Source: Candidatus Altimarinota bacterium (GTDB lineage Bacteria; Patescibacteriota; Gracilibacteria; 1-14-2-50-48-13). Taken from it: DNA of 64,000 nt. The translations under genes and the position numbers were made by a program. Below the pieces are notes generated by a model. The model did no database searches, was not told where the DNA came from, and was given only the letters and a program-made list of their open reading frames with translations. The DNA lies in assembly GCA_046314355.1 (NCBI GenBank), contig JBKBWQ010000001.1, positions 1,440,001-1,504,000 on the forward strand, given 5' to 3'. Of the stretch, positions 38,930 through 48,131 are shown one piece after another. The first letter of the stretch is position 1. Each line of letters begins with the position of its first letter.

Positions 38930-41056
38930 TTATGAAGCTGCCGCTTTATTCTGAGCAATGATTTCCTCAGGATTTGTAGTAATGATTTCACGTTCTGTAT
39001 AAGAAGCAATAATCTGAATTGCCACATGTTTATTACCTGCGAAGAATAATCCTTGTCCTACGTCACTGTTGAGAAGCATATATTTTTCTCCCTCTGTAAG
39101 GTTGAAGGTCTGTGCGAGTATACCTACCGCTGCGGGAGACTGCTTGAGCAGAAGCTGCATTGATGAGTTGGTAATGACAGGTTTACCATAGGATGACTGA
39201 AGCATATCCTCCACGTCCTGCGTAATGGTAGTAACGCCCAGGTAGTACTTTCGTCCACGTTTTACGATACCGTAGAGAAATTTCGCAGAATCCTCATGCT
39301 GAAGGATGGTCCATGCCTCCTCCACAATAAGGATACGTTTCTTCAGTTTGCTTCGTACCTTTGTCCAAATATAATTTAGGATAATATACATGGCGATGGG
39401 ACGAAGACTATCCTCAAGATCTCGGATACAAAAGACCACAAGACCTGAGTTAAGATCAATATTTGTAGGCTGGTTAAAGATTCCTGAGAAAGTACCAGTG
39501 GTAAATTTCTGTAAACGTTCAGCCATGAGCTCTCCGCCTTTCATATTCATGAGAATATGAAAGAGATCTTCAATTGTTGGAGGTTCTTTCAAATGAGGTT
39601 CCTTTGTCTCAAGCGTAATCCCTTTCAGGGCATATGTATTTAAGAGTGCTTTATCTATCAAGGCTTCTTCTGCAGGAGTCATATCTCCCAGCATAAGCTT
39701 TAAAAGACCCGTAATGGTAATGATATTTGAACGGAGAATATCTCCTGGTCTCTCGATCTCACCTTCGTATGAGGCAGGCAGATCAAAAGGATTGATACGT
39801 TCAGGAGAGTTAAGTGACATGTTGATAAATGTACCTCCAATCGTATCGCAGAGTGTCTTATATTCCTTTTCCGGATCGATGACGATAACGTCAGATCCAA
39901 GCATGATACTTCTCAGGATTTCAAGTTTGACCGCAAAGGATTTTCCGGCACCTGATTTCGCAAATACTACAGAATTAGCATTTTCAAGTTTAAATCTATC
40001 GAAGATAATCAAACTGTCATTATGACGATTCACTCCATAGAGAATACCTTCATTAGAAGTAAGATCTGAGGAACTGAAAGGGAATGTACTTGAAAGAGGA
40101 GATGTATTCATATTTCTTACAATACCAAGCTCATCTGAAGCGATAGGCAGGGTAGAGTTGAATGCATGTTCCGTCTGGAGATTGGCAGGTTTTGTCAGGA
40201 TAAGACGTCCTCCAAGCATACTCTGAAGCTGCCTTGAGACATCTGAGAGTTTCTTTTCAGTCTCTGCATATACAGTCAGATACAGACCGTAATGAAAGAA
40301 TTTTTCTATACCTCTCTGGAGCTGATCTCTAAGCTCCTCTGCGTCTTGCAGTCCTGCCTCTAGAGCCGGATCACGGACATATCCTTTATCCTCATTGATA
40401 TGGATCTGAGCGCTGATCTGTGCTACCTTGTTTCTCAAATACTTTAGAATCTGTCCTGAATCAATAGGGTAGATAAACATCGAAATATCAAGCGTAGCAT
40501 CAAAGTTGATGATGGGTGAGAGCCAGTTACTCTCGATGAATCTCGGATAATTATAGACAAAGAATGTCTTTACATACATTCCTGATACCTTGATCTTATC
40601 AAAGTTGATATCCATGCTGTCTGGAGCAATAATGCTGTTGATTGATGTGATACCCTGCTTATAGATTTCCTCTGCTTTCTTGATGGCTTCCTTCTCTTCC
40701 GGTGTAAGTGGTGTGTCCTTTGTCTCATGAGGTACTGCCGCATCCATAGGAGTCTTTGGCGCAAGAGTGCCAAGTGCTGCTTGTACTGGAGCTGGCTGAG
40801 TAACCTTTGTCTTTGCTGCTGCCGGTATATTTTCTTTAGATGCTGTAGGTGCTTTGTCGCCTGTGTTAGCTGGTGCGTCTTCTGCTAGATTCAGAAACAC
40901 TTTCATTTTATGGATCAGACCTCCTTTGTTTTGAGGCTTCTGCGCTGCCTGAAGACCAAGCATAGATCCGCCTGATGCCTTTGGGATTACTCCTGGAGCA
41001 GCGGGGACTACTATATCCTGATTGTCTTCGCTAGATTTTTGAGTTGTATCAGACAT
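38930..41056 (-). CDS. VirB4-like (TraE/TraC, DUF87) type IV secretion ATPase
   Basis: FPFSS...GILYGVN, Walker A AKSGAGKS, IDPEKEY, INPFD, Walker B IVEEAW, KRGRKY, TQDVED. Confidence 0.9.
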   Translation of the reverse strand: MSDTTQKSSEDNQDIVVPAAPGVIPKASGGSMLGLQAAQKPQNKGGLIHKMKVFLNLAEDAPANTGDKAPTASKENIPAAAKTKVTQPAPVQAALGTLAPKTPMDAAVPHETKDTPLTPEEKEAIKKAEEIYKQGITSINSIIAPDSMDINFDKIKVSGMYVKTFFVYNYPRFIESNWLSPIINFDATLDISMFIYPIDSGQILKYLRNKVAQISAQIHINEDKGYVRDPALEAGLQDAEELRDQLQRGIEKFFHYGLYLTVYAETEKKLSDVSRQLQSMLGGRLILTKPANLQTEHAFNSTLPIASDELGIVRNMNTSPLSSTFPFSSSDLTSNEGILYGVNRHNDSLIIFDRFKLENANSVVFAKSGAGKSFAVKLEILRSIMLGSDVIVIDPEKEYKTLCDTIGGTFINMSLNSPERINPFDLPASYEGEIERPGDILRSNIITITGLLKLMLGDMTPAEEALIDKALLNTYALKGITLETKEPHLKEPPTIEDLFHILMNMKGGELMAERLQKFTTGTFSGIFNQPTNIDLNSGLVVFCIRDLEDSLRPIAMYIILNYIWTKVRSKLKKRILIVEEAWTILQHEDSAKFLYGIVKRGRKYYLGVTTITQDVEDMLQSSYGKPVITNSSMQLLLKQSPAAVGILAQTFNLTEGEKYMLLNSDVGQGLFFAGNKHVAIQIIASYTEREIITTNPEEIIAQNKAAAS

Positions 41057-41273
41057 GAAGAGGAGAAAACATGAAATTTCATATTAGTATACCAGATAAT
41101 GAGTATATTTACTCCTCTGAATAGTTGGATGTATGTGACTTTTGTGTCGTAATACTATTTTCTAAAATTTTAAAAAATATGTACTTATAGTTTTATTAAT
41201 ATACAGATAAAAAGTATACAGACATTAAGAGATATTTGCTTACTGATGCACTATATTTGTTCTAGTATAAGCA

Positions 41274-41301
41274 TTGACATAATATAAATCAATAATAGAA
41301 T
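41274..41301 (+). promoter_or_regulatory. Putative sigma70 promoter
   Basis: TTGACA-16-TAGAAT, 27 nt upstream of ATG 41329. Confidence 0.65.
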
Positions 41302-41328
41302 GCCAACAATCTAATGTAAGTCTGATCT

Positions 41329-43758
41329 ATGTTCACAAAAAAATCTGCAGAATTCTCTCAACTTCTAAAGAAAGGTGTAGATTCAAGTCGAGAATTGAAA
41401 GAAAACTTATGCTCCAAAAGTAAGGATTTTTATAGAAAAACGCTTTATTTTACAATAAGTAAGGCTACAGATGATTTTGAAATATCAGAAAAGATAATGG
41501 AGAATAGTTCTTTAGTGAACAAAGTAAAACTCTACTGGAAAAAATTTCTCAATGTGGTAATTGATAATAGTATCCCGACTACTACTTTGAATGCTGCTTT
41601 TTTGGAGAACAAAAGTGCCATAGAGCAAAATATAGTTATAAAGTACATGCTCTCCAAGGATATGTATGATGAACTATCTACATACATTCACTTTATTCAC
41701 CCTGAGTTAATTACTGAAGAGCTAGCTAAAAAATACATTGCTAAAGGTAAAGAGAAGGAAGTCTTTTCTGGTTTTCTTGATAAAAATCCTTCGTGCCTTT
41801 CTGTAGATAATTTCCTATTTTTGCTCAGTAAGCATTTTGAAAAATATACAGCTCCTTTACCAAAGGGGTCGTATGGGGTTTTATCTAATACAAAGAATTA
41901 TAAATATTTCCAAGAGCTTTTCTCAAATATAAAATTTGATCAATTAAGTGCACAGAAAATAATAGATCAGGGATATCCTCAGGTTATTATACTATTTCCT
42001 AAACAATTCCCTGATCTTTCAATGACGAGTGTGCATCAATTGCACAATTGCTTTCCAAATGAAACGGAATATCTTTTTCCTGAATACGCTCAATTGTGGA
42101 AAAAAACTTTTTCAATGCAAGATTCAGCAGCAGATCTGGATAAAGAATCTGCTAAAAGCAATAATGTGATCCATAAGAAGCCTGATCTTGTAGAAGATAC
42201 CACCGAGCAAAAAAAATATAGTGATACAGCTCAAAGGGCAGAGAAAATACCTGTGGAAATAGATCTTAATGATATTGATGAAGCTCACATCGATGAAATG
42301 GAATTCAATGAAACAGAAAAAACAGCCAAGAGTAATCCCTTGTCAGAAAAGAAAAGTGTAAAAAAAGATGATGAACAGGCGATTACAAGATTAATAGATG
42401 AAGGAGAAAAAACTACCATTGATAGTATACGGGCAAGTATTATGGGCACCGCAAATTATAAAAATCTTGAAGATCTTTTTCAGGATGATAAACGAGTTAT
42501 AAAGATAGAGATAAGGATCAGAACGTATACAGTGTCTTTGAAAGAAATATTTAAGTTATATGCAAAAAGACATAAGGTTTCAGTTTCTGATGCAAAAAAG
42601 ATGATAGCTGATAGGCTGATAAATTTTGAATATATAGAAGGTGCAACTGCCACACAATTAAAAGATCCACTGTTTTTACAATCTCTCGCAGTTGCCAAAC
42701 TTATGACAGTTATGATTGCTAACGATACTTTGGCAGTAGCTGCTTCTATTGCAACTAGTTTAAAGAATGCGACTCATCTGGACAGTGTGCATGCCATTTC
42801 TGAGGACGATGCCACTATTTGCAAATTACAGGGACAAGGAAAAGAGTATGAATTTACTCCTCATTTCCTTTTTCAAATCCTCGGATCCTATTTTGACTGT
42901 GACAAAAGAACAGCAAAAAATAAATTTTTGGAACATGCATATCGCTTTACCGATAATCTTTCAATAACTGAAGCACAGTTATATGTAAAATCACTTTATG
43001 ATAAAGTACTGATCTCAAAAATTGGTAATCAGAATCGGGATTTTCTTTTATTGGAGAAAAGACTTATTGATCCTACTTATGGTCCTATATTTGCCAAAGA
43101 ACTTGTAGAACAGATATTACAAAAAACAGGTAAGAAAGAATTTTTATTTGTATTGGTTGATATACCTCAAGAGATTGAGCTGCAATATGAGAATATCACT
43201 GTTATTACTACGGTTTCTCAAATTTTCTCAACTATTGCGCAACTTTTACGACGGAGTAAGTCTGGTGCAAGAAGCTTTCTTCTTCAACAATCTCTTGATT
43301 CTGATCCAGCTGAAGTGGCGTACCGTTATTCTAAGAAATGGGATATTATAAATAAAAGACGACATCCCGGAGAAAAAATGCGGTATAATCATCCTCTGTT
43401 AAAAAATATTGATCTTGATAGCGGTGGAGGAAAAGAGAAGATTCAAAGAATTGTGAAAACAATGATGGATGCACAGAAATTAAAATCTTTCCTGGAAATC
43501 GATCATGAAAGCACGACACAGATCGCTGTAGAGTGGAAGAAGCAGATTTATTCATTAAGTCCTAAAGAGCTATTTGATGATTTGAAAAATGCAGATCCTA
43601 CTAAACGGTACAGTATTTATTATCTGAAAGAAATCCTCACTAGAAGAGCCTTCCAATCAATGGGACTCACTGAACAAGATGCATTAAAAACTGTAAATGC
43701 TGAAAAAGTGCAATTATTGGAAAAAAGAAAAAAAGATGATAAAAAACCACCAAAGTAA
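41329..43758 (+). CDS. Large hypothetical protein with four degenerate internal repeats in the C-terminal half
   Basis: 809-aa ORF, lower GC than core genes, repeats spaced about 103-122 aa. Confidence 0.75.
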   Translation: MFTKKSAEFSQLLKKGVDSSRELKENLCSKSKDFYRKTLYFTISKATDDFEISEKIMENSSLVNKVKLYWKKFLNVVIDNSIPTTTLNAAFLENKSAIEQNIVIKYMLSKDMYDELSTYIHFIHPELITEELAKKYIAKGKEKEVFSGFLDKNPSCLSVDNFLFLLSKHFEKYTAPLPKGSYGVLSNTKNYKYFQELFSNIKFDQLSAQKIIDQGYPQVIILFPKQFPDLSMTSVHQLHNCFPNETEYLFPEYAQLWKKTFSMQDSAADLDKESAKSNNVIHKKPDLVEDTTEQKKYSDTAQRAEKIPVEIDLNDIDEAHIDEMEFNETEKTAKSNPLSEKKSVKKDDEQAITRLIDEGEKTTIDSIRASIMGTANYKNLEDLFQDDKRVIKIEIRIRTYTVSLKEIFKLYAKRHKVSVSDAKKMIADRLINFEYIEGATATQLKDPLFLQSLAVAKLMTVMIANDTLAVAASIATSLKNATHLDSVHAISEDDATICKLQGQGKEYEFTPHFLFQILGSYFDCDKRTAKNKFLEHAYRFTDNLSITEAQLYVKSLYDKVLISKIGNQNRDFLLLEKRLIDPTYGPIFAKELVEQILQKTGKKEFLFVLVDIPQEIELQYENITVITTVSQIFSTIAQLLRRSKSGARSFLLQQSLDSDPAEVAYRYSKKWDIINKRRHPGEKMRYNHPLLKNIDLDSGGGKEKIQRIVKTMMDAQKLKSFLEIDHESTTQIAVEWKKQIYSLSPKELFDDLKNADPTKRYSIYYLKEILTRRAFQSMGLTEQDALKTVNAEKVQLLEKRKKDDKKPPK

Positions 43759-43777
43759 TGACACTTTGTAAATTAGA

Positions 43778-43806
43778 TTGAAAAGCTGTCCACACTTCAG
43801 TATATT
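43778..43806 (+). promoter_or_regulatory. Putative promoter of tRNA-Cys
   Basis: TTGAAA-17-TATATT. Confidence 0.5.
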
Positions 43807-43847
43807 AGCGAAGTATCATTTATGATATAATAGTTTGGTAAGTATAG

Positions 43848-43921
43848 GGTGCTTTGGCCGAGTGGTTAGGCAGCGGTCTGCAAAACCGCGTACACCAGTT
43901 CAATTCTGGTAGGCACCTCCA
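43848..43921 (+). tRNA. tRNA-Cys (GCA)
   Basis: Acceptor GGTGCTT/AGGCACC, D arm GCC-GAGTGGTTA-GGC, anticodon arm GCGGT-CTGCAAA-ACCGC, T arm ACCAG-TTCAATT-CTGGT, discriminator T plus encoded CCA. Confidence 0.97.
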
Positions 43922-44070
43922 TTCTTCGCTCCTCGACGGAGCTACGAATGGCACAGCCGGAATGGAATGAATCTTCGCAGGCGAAGATTTTTTTAATATA
44001 GAGCGAAGAATGTCCCTCGTAGCCTACGCCTGAACTATAAGTTGCTTGTTCTTCTTGGCGTAGAGGGACA
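43920..44070. repeat. Nested palindromic (REP-like) element abutting the tRNA 3' end, with an internal terminator hairpin
   Basis: CATTCTTCGCTC/GAGCGAAGAATG (43920-43931 / 44001-44012); GCTCC/GGAGC; AATCTTCGC/GCGAAGATT plus T tract; TGTCCCTC..CTACGCC / GGCGTAG-AGGGACA. Confidence 0.7.
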
Positions 44071-44218
44071 CCCAAGCATTAAGTATAGATGTGTTTTGGT
44101 ATGCTGGTAAGTCTATCGTAGATTTTTTGAGCTGCACCGTAAAAATTTATCCCTAAGTACTCCATTCTCCCACTCACACTCCGAGCTATCAGGACAATAC
44201 CCAGCACACAACATCACA

Positions 44219-44246
44219 TTGACAATTTATTGCATAATACTAATAT
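44219..44246 (+). promoter_or_regulatory. Putative sigma70 promoter
   Basis: TTGACA-16-TAATAT; AGGAG at 44301. Confidence 0.6.
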
Positions 44247-44309
44247 CCTCGCGGTTATTATAACAAAAAGGTATCAGTAAAATGATGACCTTTAGTGAAA
44301 AGGAGAAAA

Positions 44310-44672
44310 ATGGTCAAAATAATTTTTGTATTTCTTACAAGTATTATTTTCATTCTTACTGCGAGTACCTCTCATGCAGAAGAGAAAAATTTATCTCAGG
44401 AAGAAAAATTTTTTCTTATACATCTTATGATCAATAAGATTATGTATGAAGGTCCTTTATGTGAAAGTATATCTGATACAGATCAGATCTTTACCTTTGA
44501 AATCAATCAAAAGCTGCATAGCTTTAAAATCAAAAAGGGTGATGAACGATTACTTTCATGGCAACAGAATGAAATGATACTAGAGGAAAAAACTGAGATT
44601 AATGAAGTAATTTTGGTACTTGATAAGTATCTTGAAGGGACTTGTGATCAGTATCAGAAAAATGTTGTCTAA
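44310..44672 (+). CDS. Small secreted hypothetical protein
   Basis: SD-led ATG at 44310, signal peptide ending SHA-EE, two Cys. Confidence 0.7.
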   Translation: MVKIIFVFLTSIIFILTASTSHAEEKNLSQEEKFFLIHLMINKIMYEGPLCESISDTDQIFTFEINQKLHSFKIKKGDERLLSWQQNEMILEEKTEINEVILVLDKYLEGTCDQYQKNVV

Positions 44673-44680
44673 TAACTGCT

Positions 44681-44707
44681 AAAAGAGAACTAAAAACGTT
44701 CTCTTTT
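44681..44707. terminator. Bidirectional terminator
   Basis: AAAAGAGAAC-N7-GTTCTCTTTT between convergent genes. Confidence 0.7.
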
Positions 44708-44710
44708 ATT

Positions 44711-45034
44711 TTACATATGCTCCAAACTCTCTTCAATCAAAGGTATTTCATCCTCATATTCAAAATCCTCGCTTCTTACAATCAGCACCCAATTCTTCAT
44801 CTTTGCATCTCCTCCGGGATTAAAGAATTTATATCTATTCGGGTCTTTTTCTAGTAATTCTTTTACTGTAGCCGGCTGTGCTTTAATGACTATTCCGTCG
44901 TCATAAACAAAGGCGAACATTTTCTTTCCCAGATAATAAGCAGGTTTTCCAAAGGTTTTTCTTTTTGTAAGACCTATATTTTCCAGAAAGTAATTATCTG
45001 CCCAGAGTTCAAGATCTTCGCGGTAGCTCGCCAT
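44711..45034 (-). CDS. TfoX N-terminal / YjbR-like small protein
   Basis: RKTFG.PAYY..KKMFAFV..DGIVIK, F.PG...MKNWV. Confidence 0.7.
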   Translation of the reverse strand: MASYREDLELWADNYFLENIGLTKRKTFGKPAYYLGKKMFAFVYDDGIVIKAQPATVKELLEKDPNRYKFFNPGGDAKMKNWVLIVRSEDFEYEDEIPLIEESLEHM

Positions 45035-45102
45035 GTGTGTGGAGATAATATTCGAAAGGTATTTAAACTTTGCATGAGAACTAAAGTAATGTCAATTTTC
45101 CT

Positions 45103-48066
45103 CTATAGACTCTTTGCTTTAAAAAGAATCTTTGCTGCTTCTGCACGTGTAATAGGACGTTCAGGTTCAAATTTTGCCCGCGCATCTATAATGCTCAGCT
45201 GAGCTGCATTGAAGACATTATTTTCGAACCAGGCATTCTCAGGAATGTCTGTAAAGAACCCTTGGTCACGGTAGTTGTAGAGACGGAAAGACTGTTTATC
45301 TGTACTATTCATGACTATCTTTAGGAACTCTGCGCGAGTGACGTTTCTTGCGGGTTCAAAGGTTCCTTTGCTGGTACCTTCTACAATGTTCTTTTCTTTA
45401 GCGATCCCTATAAATCCTGCATACCATACATTTGTAAGAACATCAGGGAAGTATACGTATGAGTAGCTGCTGTGTAGTCCTTTAAAGGATGTAAGGAAAT
45501 TCTGTTCGTTCTCTTCCGGCATAAAGGTCTTTACCGCCAGCTTCACAGCTTCTGCTCTATTCAAGGTTTCATTTGGTTCAAAACGTCCTTGGCTTCTGCC
45601 CTGCACAATTCCCATTTCAGCTAGTTTTACAATAGCGTCTGCAGCAAAGTTATTTGAGATATCAGTAAAAGTTATTGCCTGCGAAGTACTGCTTTTGAGA
45701 TTCTGATTACTGTTTATAGTTGTATTTTGGGACTGCTGGGGAGGAGTATATGTGCTTCCGCCTCCATTTGATCCGCTGCCAGTATTTAGTGTAACTTGTA
45801 CAGGTGGGTTAACAGCTACTGTATTGGTATTGAGATTGAAGTTACCATTACTATTACTGAGAATCACAGAATTTATATTTGTATTACTGCTATTAGTGTT
45901 TAAGTTTGGTAAGTTTGTATTTGTATTCAAGTTTGTATCCAGAGTACTTCCGCTATTTGTGTTTGTCTGAGATGTACTATTTGTATTTGTATTCTCAGTT
46001 ATCGCAGTATTTTGATTATCATTTGAATCAACCGTACCTGTGATGATTTGTTTATACTTCTTCGAGTCAAACTTCCAGAGATTACGTCCATTTATCATGT
46101 AAATATCTCCGTTAAAAAGATCTTCTGTAAAGAGATGATAAGTTACGCCGAAGTTACTTTTTATAATATTTTGAGTAAGAGTATCTTCCGAGAGTGTACC
46201 AAAGCCGTTAGTTCCAGTAGTATATATAGTTCCATCGCTTGTGATCATCATATTATTCATTCCAGTACCGGTCTTGGTACTTAAAATTGCTCCGGTAGTA
46301 CTATCTAGTACAAACAAGGTACTGCGGCTAGTTAGGACATACACCTTATTTCCTTTTGAGACTATATCTATATTGTTATAGTTATATCCTGATGCTGGAA
46401 TCTCAGGAATAATATCAAAGAGCACTTTTTTCTCCTTAATATCCCATTTTACAACATGTGCATTTTGAGGAAGATTTGTAGCTCCTGTGCCGCCGGCTGC
46501 ACTACTTCCGAGATATGCAATGTCTGAGTTATTTCTGTCAAAGGCTACAACATTGATAGTGTGATCCTGGACGATATTTACAGAAGTATATTTTTCTTTT
46601 GTCTCTGTATTGTAGAAAGTCATTGCACCGCCGTATGCTGCATAGTTGGGTTCTGTACCTATGAGGAGTTTTTCTCCTTTGACAGCTATATCCTTTGGTC
46701 TCGTCTGTGCTGAAGCAATAGTGAAAGCCCGGAATTTTTCTATAGAATTATAGTCATCAGTACTATCTAGCGCCAAGGCATTCTGATCATATCTCCATAC
46801 ATCGGTAGAAGTATAGTTTGCTGTATATAAAGTATCTTTTACAAATTCAATAACTTTTGGTTCTCCGGGTACTTCCTTTAACATGCTTTGTCCAAGCAGT
46901 GTATCAAAGATTCTCATCCGCACTTCTGCTAATGCTACTTTTCCTTTATATGCAGCTATCGAGAAGGGTTGTGTCGTAACTCCTTCAACTCCATAGTCAG
47001 CTAAATTGCTGGCTGAAATTGTTTTTCCTGTAAAATCCTGCTCTAAGATACTGCCATCTGCAGTGACGAGGAGAATTTTTTCATTATTTACTATGCTTGC
47101 AGCTGCCGCATAGCTACTTACCCTTTTTAAAGGTTTTGAGGCATTTTTTGTATATTGGAATAATGCGCCGGCATACCCTGAGAATGTGTCTGTACCGCTC
47201 CCTGTTGCAGGTGCCCCGAAGATGTTTCCTCCGTTAAAAAGATATCTCCAAACCCCAGTCTCTGGCGTATACTCGAGCATTTTTGTACTACCTGACGCAA
47301 AGATGATCTTTCCTCCCGCGGCATTAAGCTGAGCGGGTATCCCTAACCACCGGTACTCTGGCGGAAGAATATTTTTTGCGATACCTGTCTTCATATCCAG
47401 TTCTACGATCTCCATGATTGGATCCTTCGTATCTCTTCTTGCTCCTCCGTAACCAATATAGACTTTACCATTCAGTACCGTAATACATCTCGAATACTTT
47501 GCCTCAGAGTGATGTCCTAGACTGATCATTTTTCCAGTAGCAAATTCATATCGGTATGGATCCCCACTATAAGTACCCATATAAATATTATTGTCGTCTA
47601 TTGCAAGTTCCCAGATATATTCATTCACTGCAGGAAGGGTACCAAGTACTTTTAAGGTCCTCTCAGTTGGAGAATATTCCATGAGACGCCCAGGATATAC
47701 AGTGCCAAAATAGATTTTTCCTTTATGCTCATGCATTTTCCAAACAGATTTTGCAGGAACTGGAAGTTCCTGCTCTAATTTTAGCTTTGTAAGATTAAAT
47801 CGGATAAATTTTGATTCAGGGTTCCCGGCAATGACACCGTAAAACTCATGTTCTCCTGCTTCGTTTTTTACAATTGTACCGTATTTAAAAGCAAGGGAAG
47901 TAAGTCCTATGCCATAATCAGTAAAAGCGGCGCTCGTATCTATGGTGGAGCCAGACGAGACAAGATCACTTTTTAGAAAATCTGTATCCTTTAGGAAAAC
48001 TGCCATGATGCTTACTAGTGCAATCACAGCCAGACCAATAAGAATGTGTATTTTTTGTTTAGACAT
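45103..48066 (-). CDS. Surface protein: N-terminal anchor, beta-propeller repeats, Asn/Thr linker, three SLH repeats
   Basis: KIYFGT/IYMGT/VYIGY blade motifs, NTNTNS tract, LNRAEAVKL, VTRAEFLKI, ITRAEAAKI. Confidence 0.87.
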   Translation of the reverse strand: MSKQKIHILIGLAVIALVSIMAVFLKDTDFLKSDLVSSGSTIDTSAAFTDYGIGLTSLAFKYGTIVKNEAGEHEFYGVIAGNPESKFIRFNLTKLKLEQELPVPAKSVWKMHEHKGKIYFGTVYPGRLMEYSPTERTLKVLGTLPAVNEYIWELAIDDNNIYMGTYSGDPYRYEFATGKMISLGHHSEAKYSRCITVLNGKVYIGYGGARRDTKDPIMEIVELDMKTGIAKNILPPEYRWLGIPAQLNAAGGKIIFASGSTKMLEYTPETGVWRYLFNGGNIFGAPATGSGTDTFSGYAGALFQYTKNASKPLKRVSSYAAAASIVNNEKILLVTADGSILEQDFTGKTISASNLADYGVEGVTTQPFSIAAYKGKVALAEVRMRIFDTLLGQSMLKEVPGEPKVIEFVKDTLYTANYTSTDVWRYDQNALALDSTDDYNSIEKFRAFTIASAQTRPKDIAVKGEKLLIGTEPNYAAYGGAMTFYNTETKEKYTSVNIVQDHTINVVAFDRNNSDIAYLGSSAAGGTGATNLPQNAHVVKWDIKEKKVLFDIIPEIPASGYNYNNIDIVSKGNKVYVLTSRSTLFVLDSTTGAILSTKTGTGMNNMMITSDGTIYTTGTNGFGTLSEDTLTQNIIKSNFGVTYHLFTEDLFNGDIYMINGRNLWKFDSKKYKQIITGTVDSNDNQNTAITENTNTNSTSQTNTNSGSTLDTNLNTNTNLPNLNTNSSNTNINSVILSNSNGNFNLNTNTVAVNPPVQVTLNTGSGSNGGGSTYTPPQQSQNTTINSNQNLKSSTSQAITFTDISNNFAADAIVKLAEMGIVQGRSQGRFEPNETLNRAEAVKLAVKTFMPEENEQNFLTSFKGLHSSYSYVYFPDVLTNVWYAGFIGIAKEKNIVEGTSKGTFEPARNVTRAEFLKIVMNSTDKQSFRLYNYRDQGFFTDIPENAWFENNVFNAAQLSIIDARAKFEPERPITRAEAAKILFKAKSL

Positions 48067-48131
48067 AGGTGGGAAACAATAAGTATTCATTTTATTGTAC
48101 CATATATATGCTATTTTATCTTATTCATTTC

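Noticed and set aside
38930-41056. Conjugative element (ICE) around the VirB4-like gene and ssb
   Set aside because: No relaxase, coupling protein or integrase; the neighbours (yqeY, DsbA-like, mscS, canonical ssb) are housekeeping genes.
43848-43921. tRNA-Cys as the attachment site of an integrated element
   Set aside because: I saw no duplicated tRNA 3' end and no integrase anywhere in the window.
43866-44075. 69-aa minus-strand ORF
   Set aside because: It is antisense to tRNA-Cys and the palindromic element; a shadow ORF.
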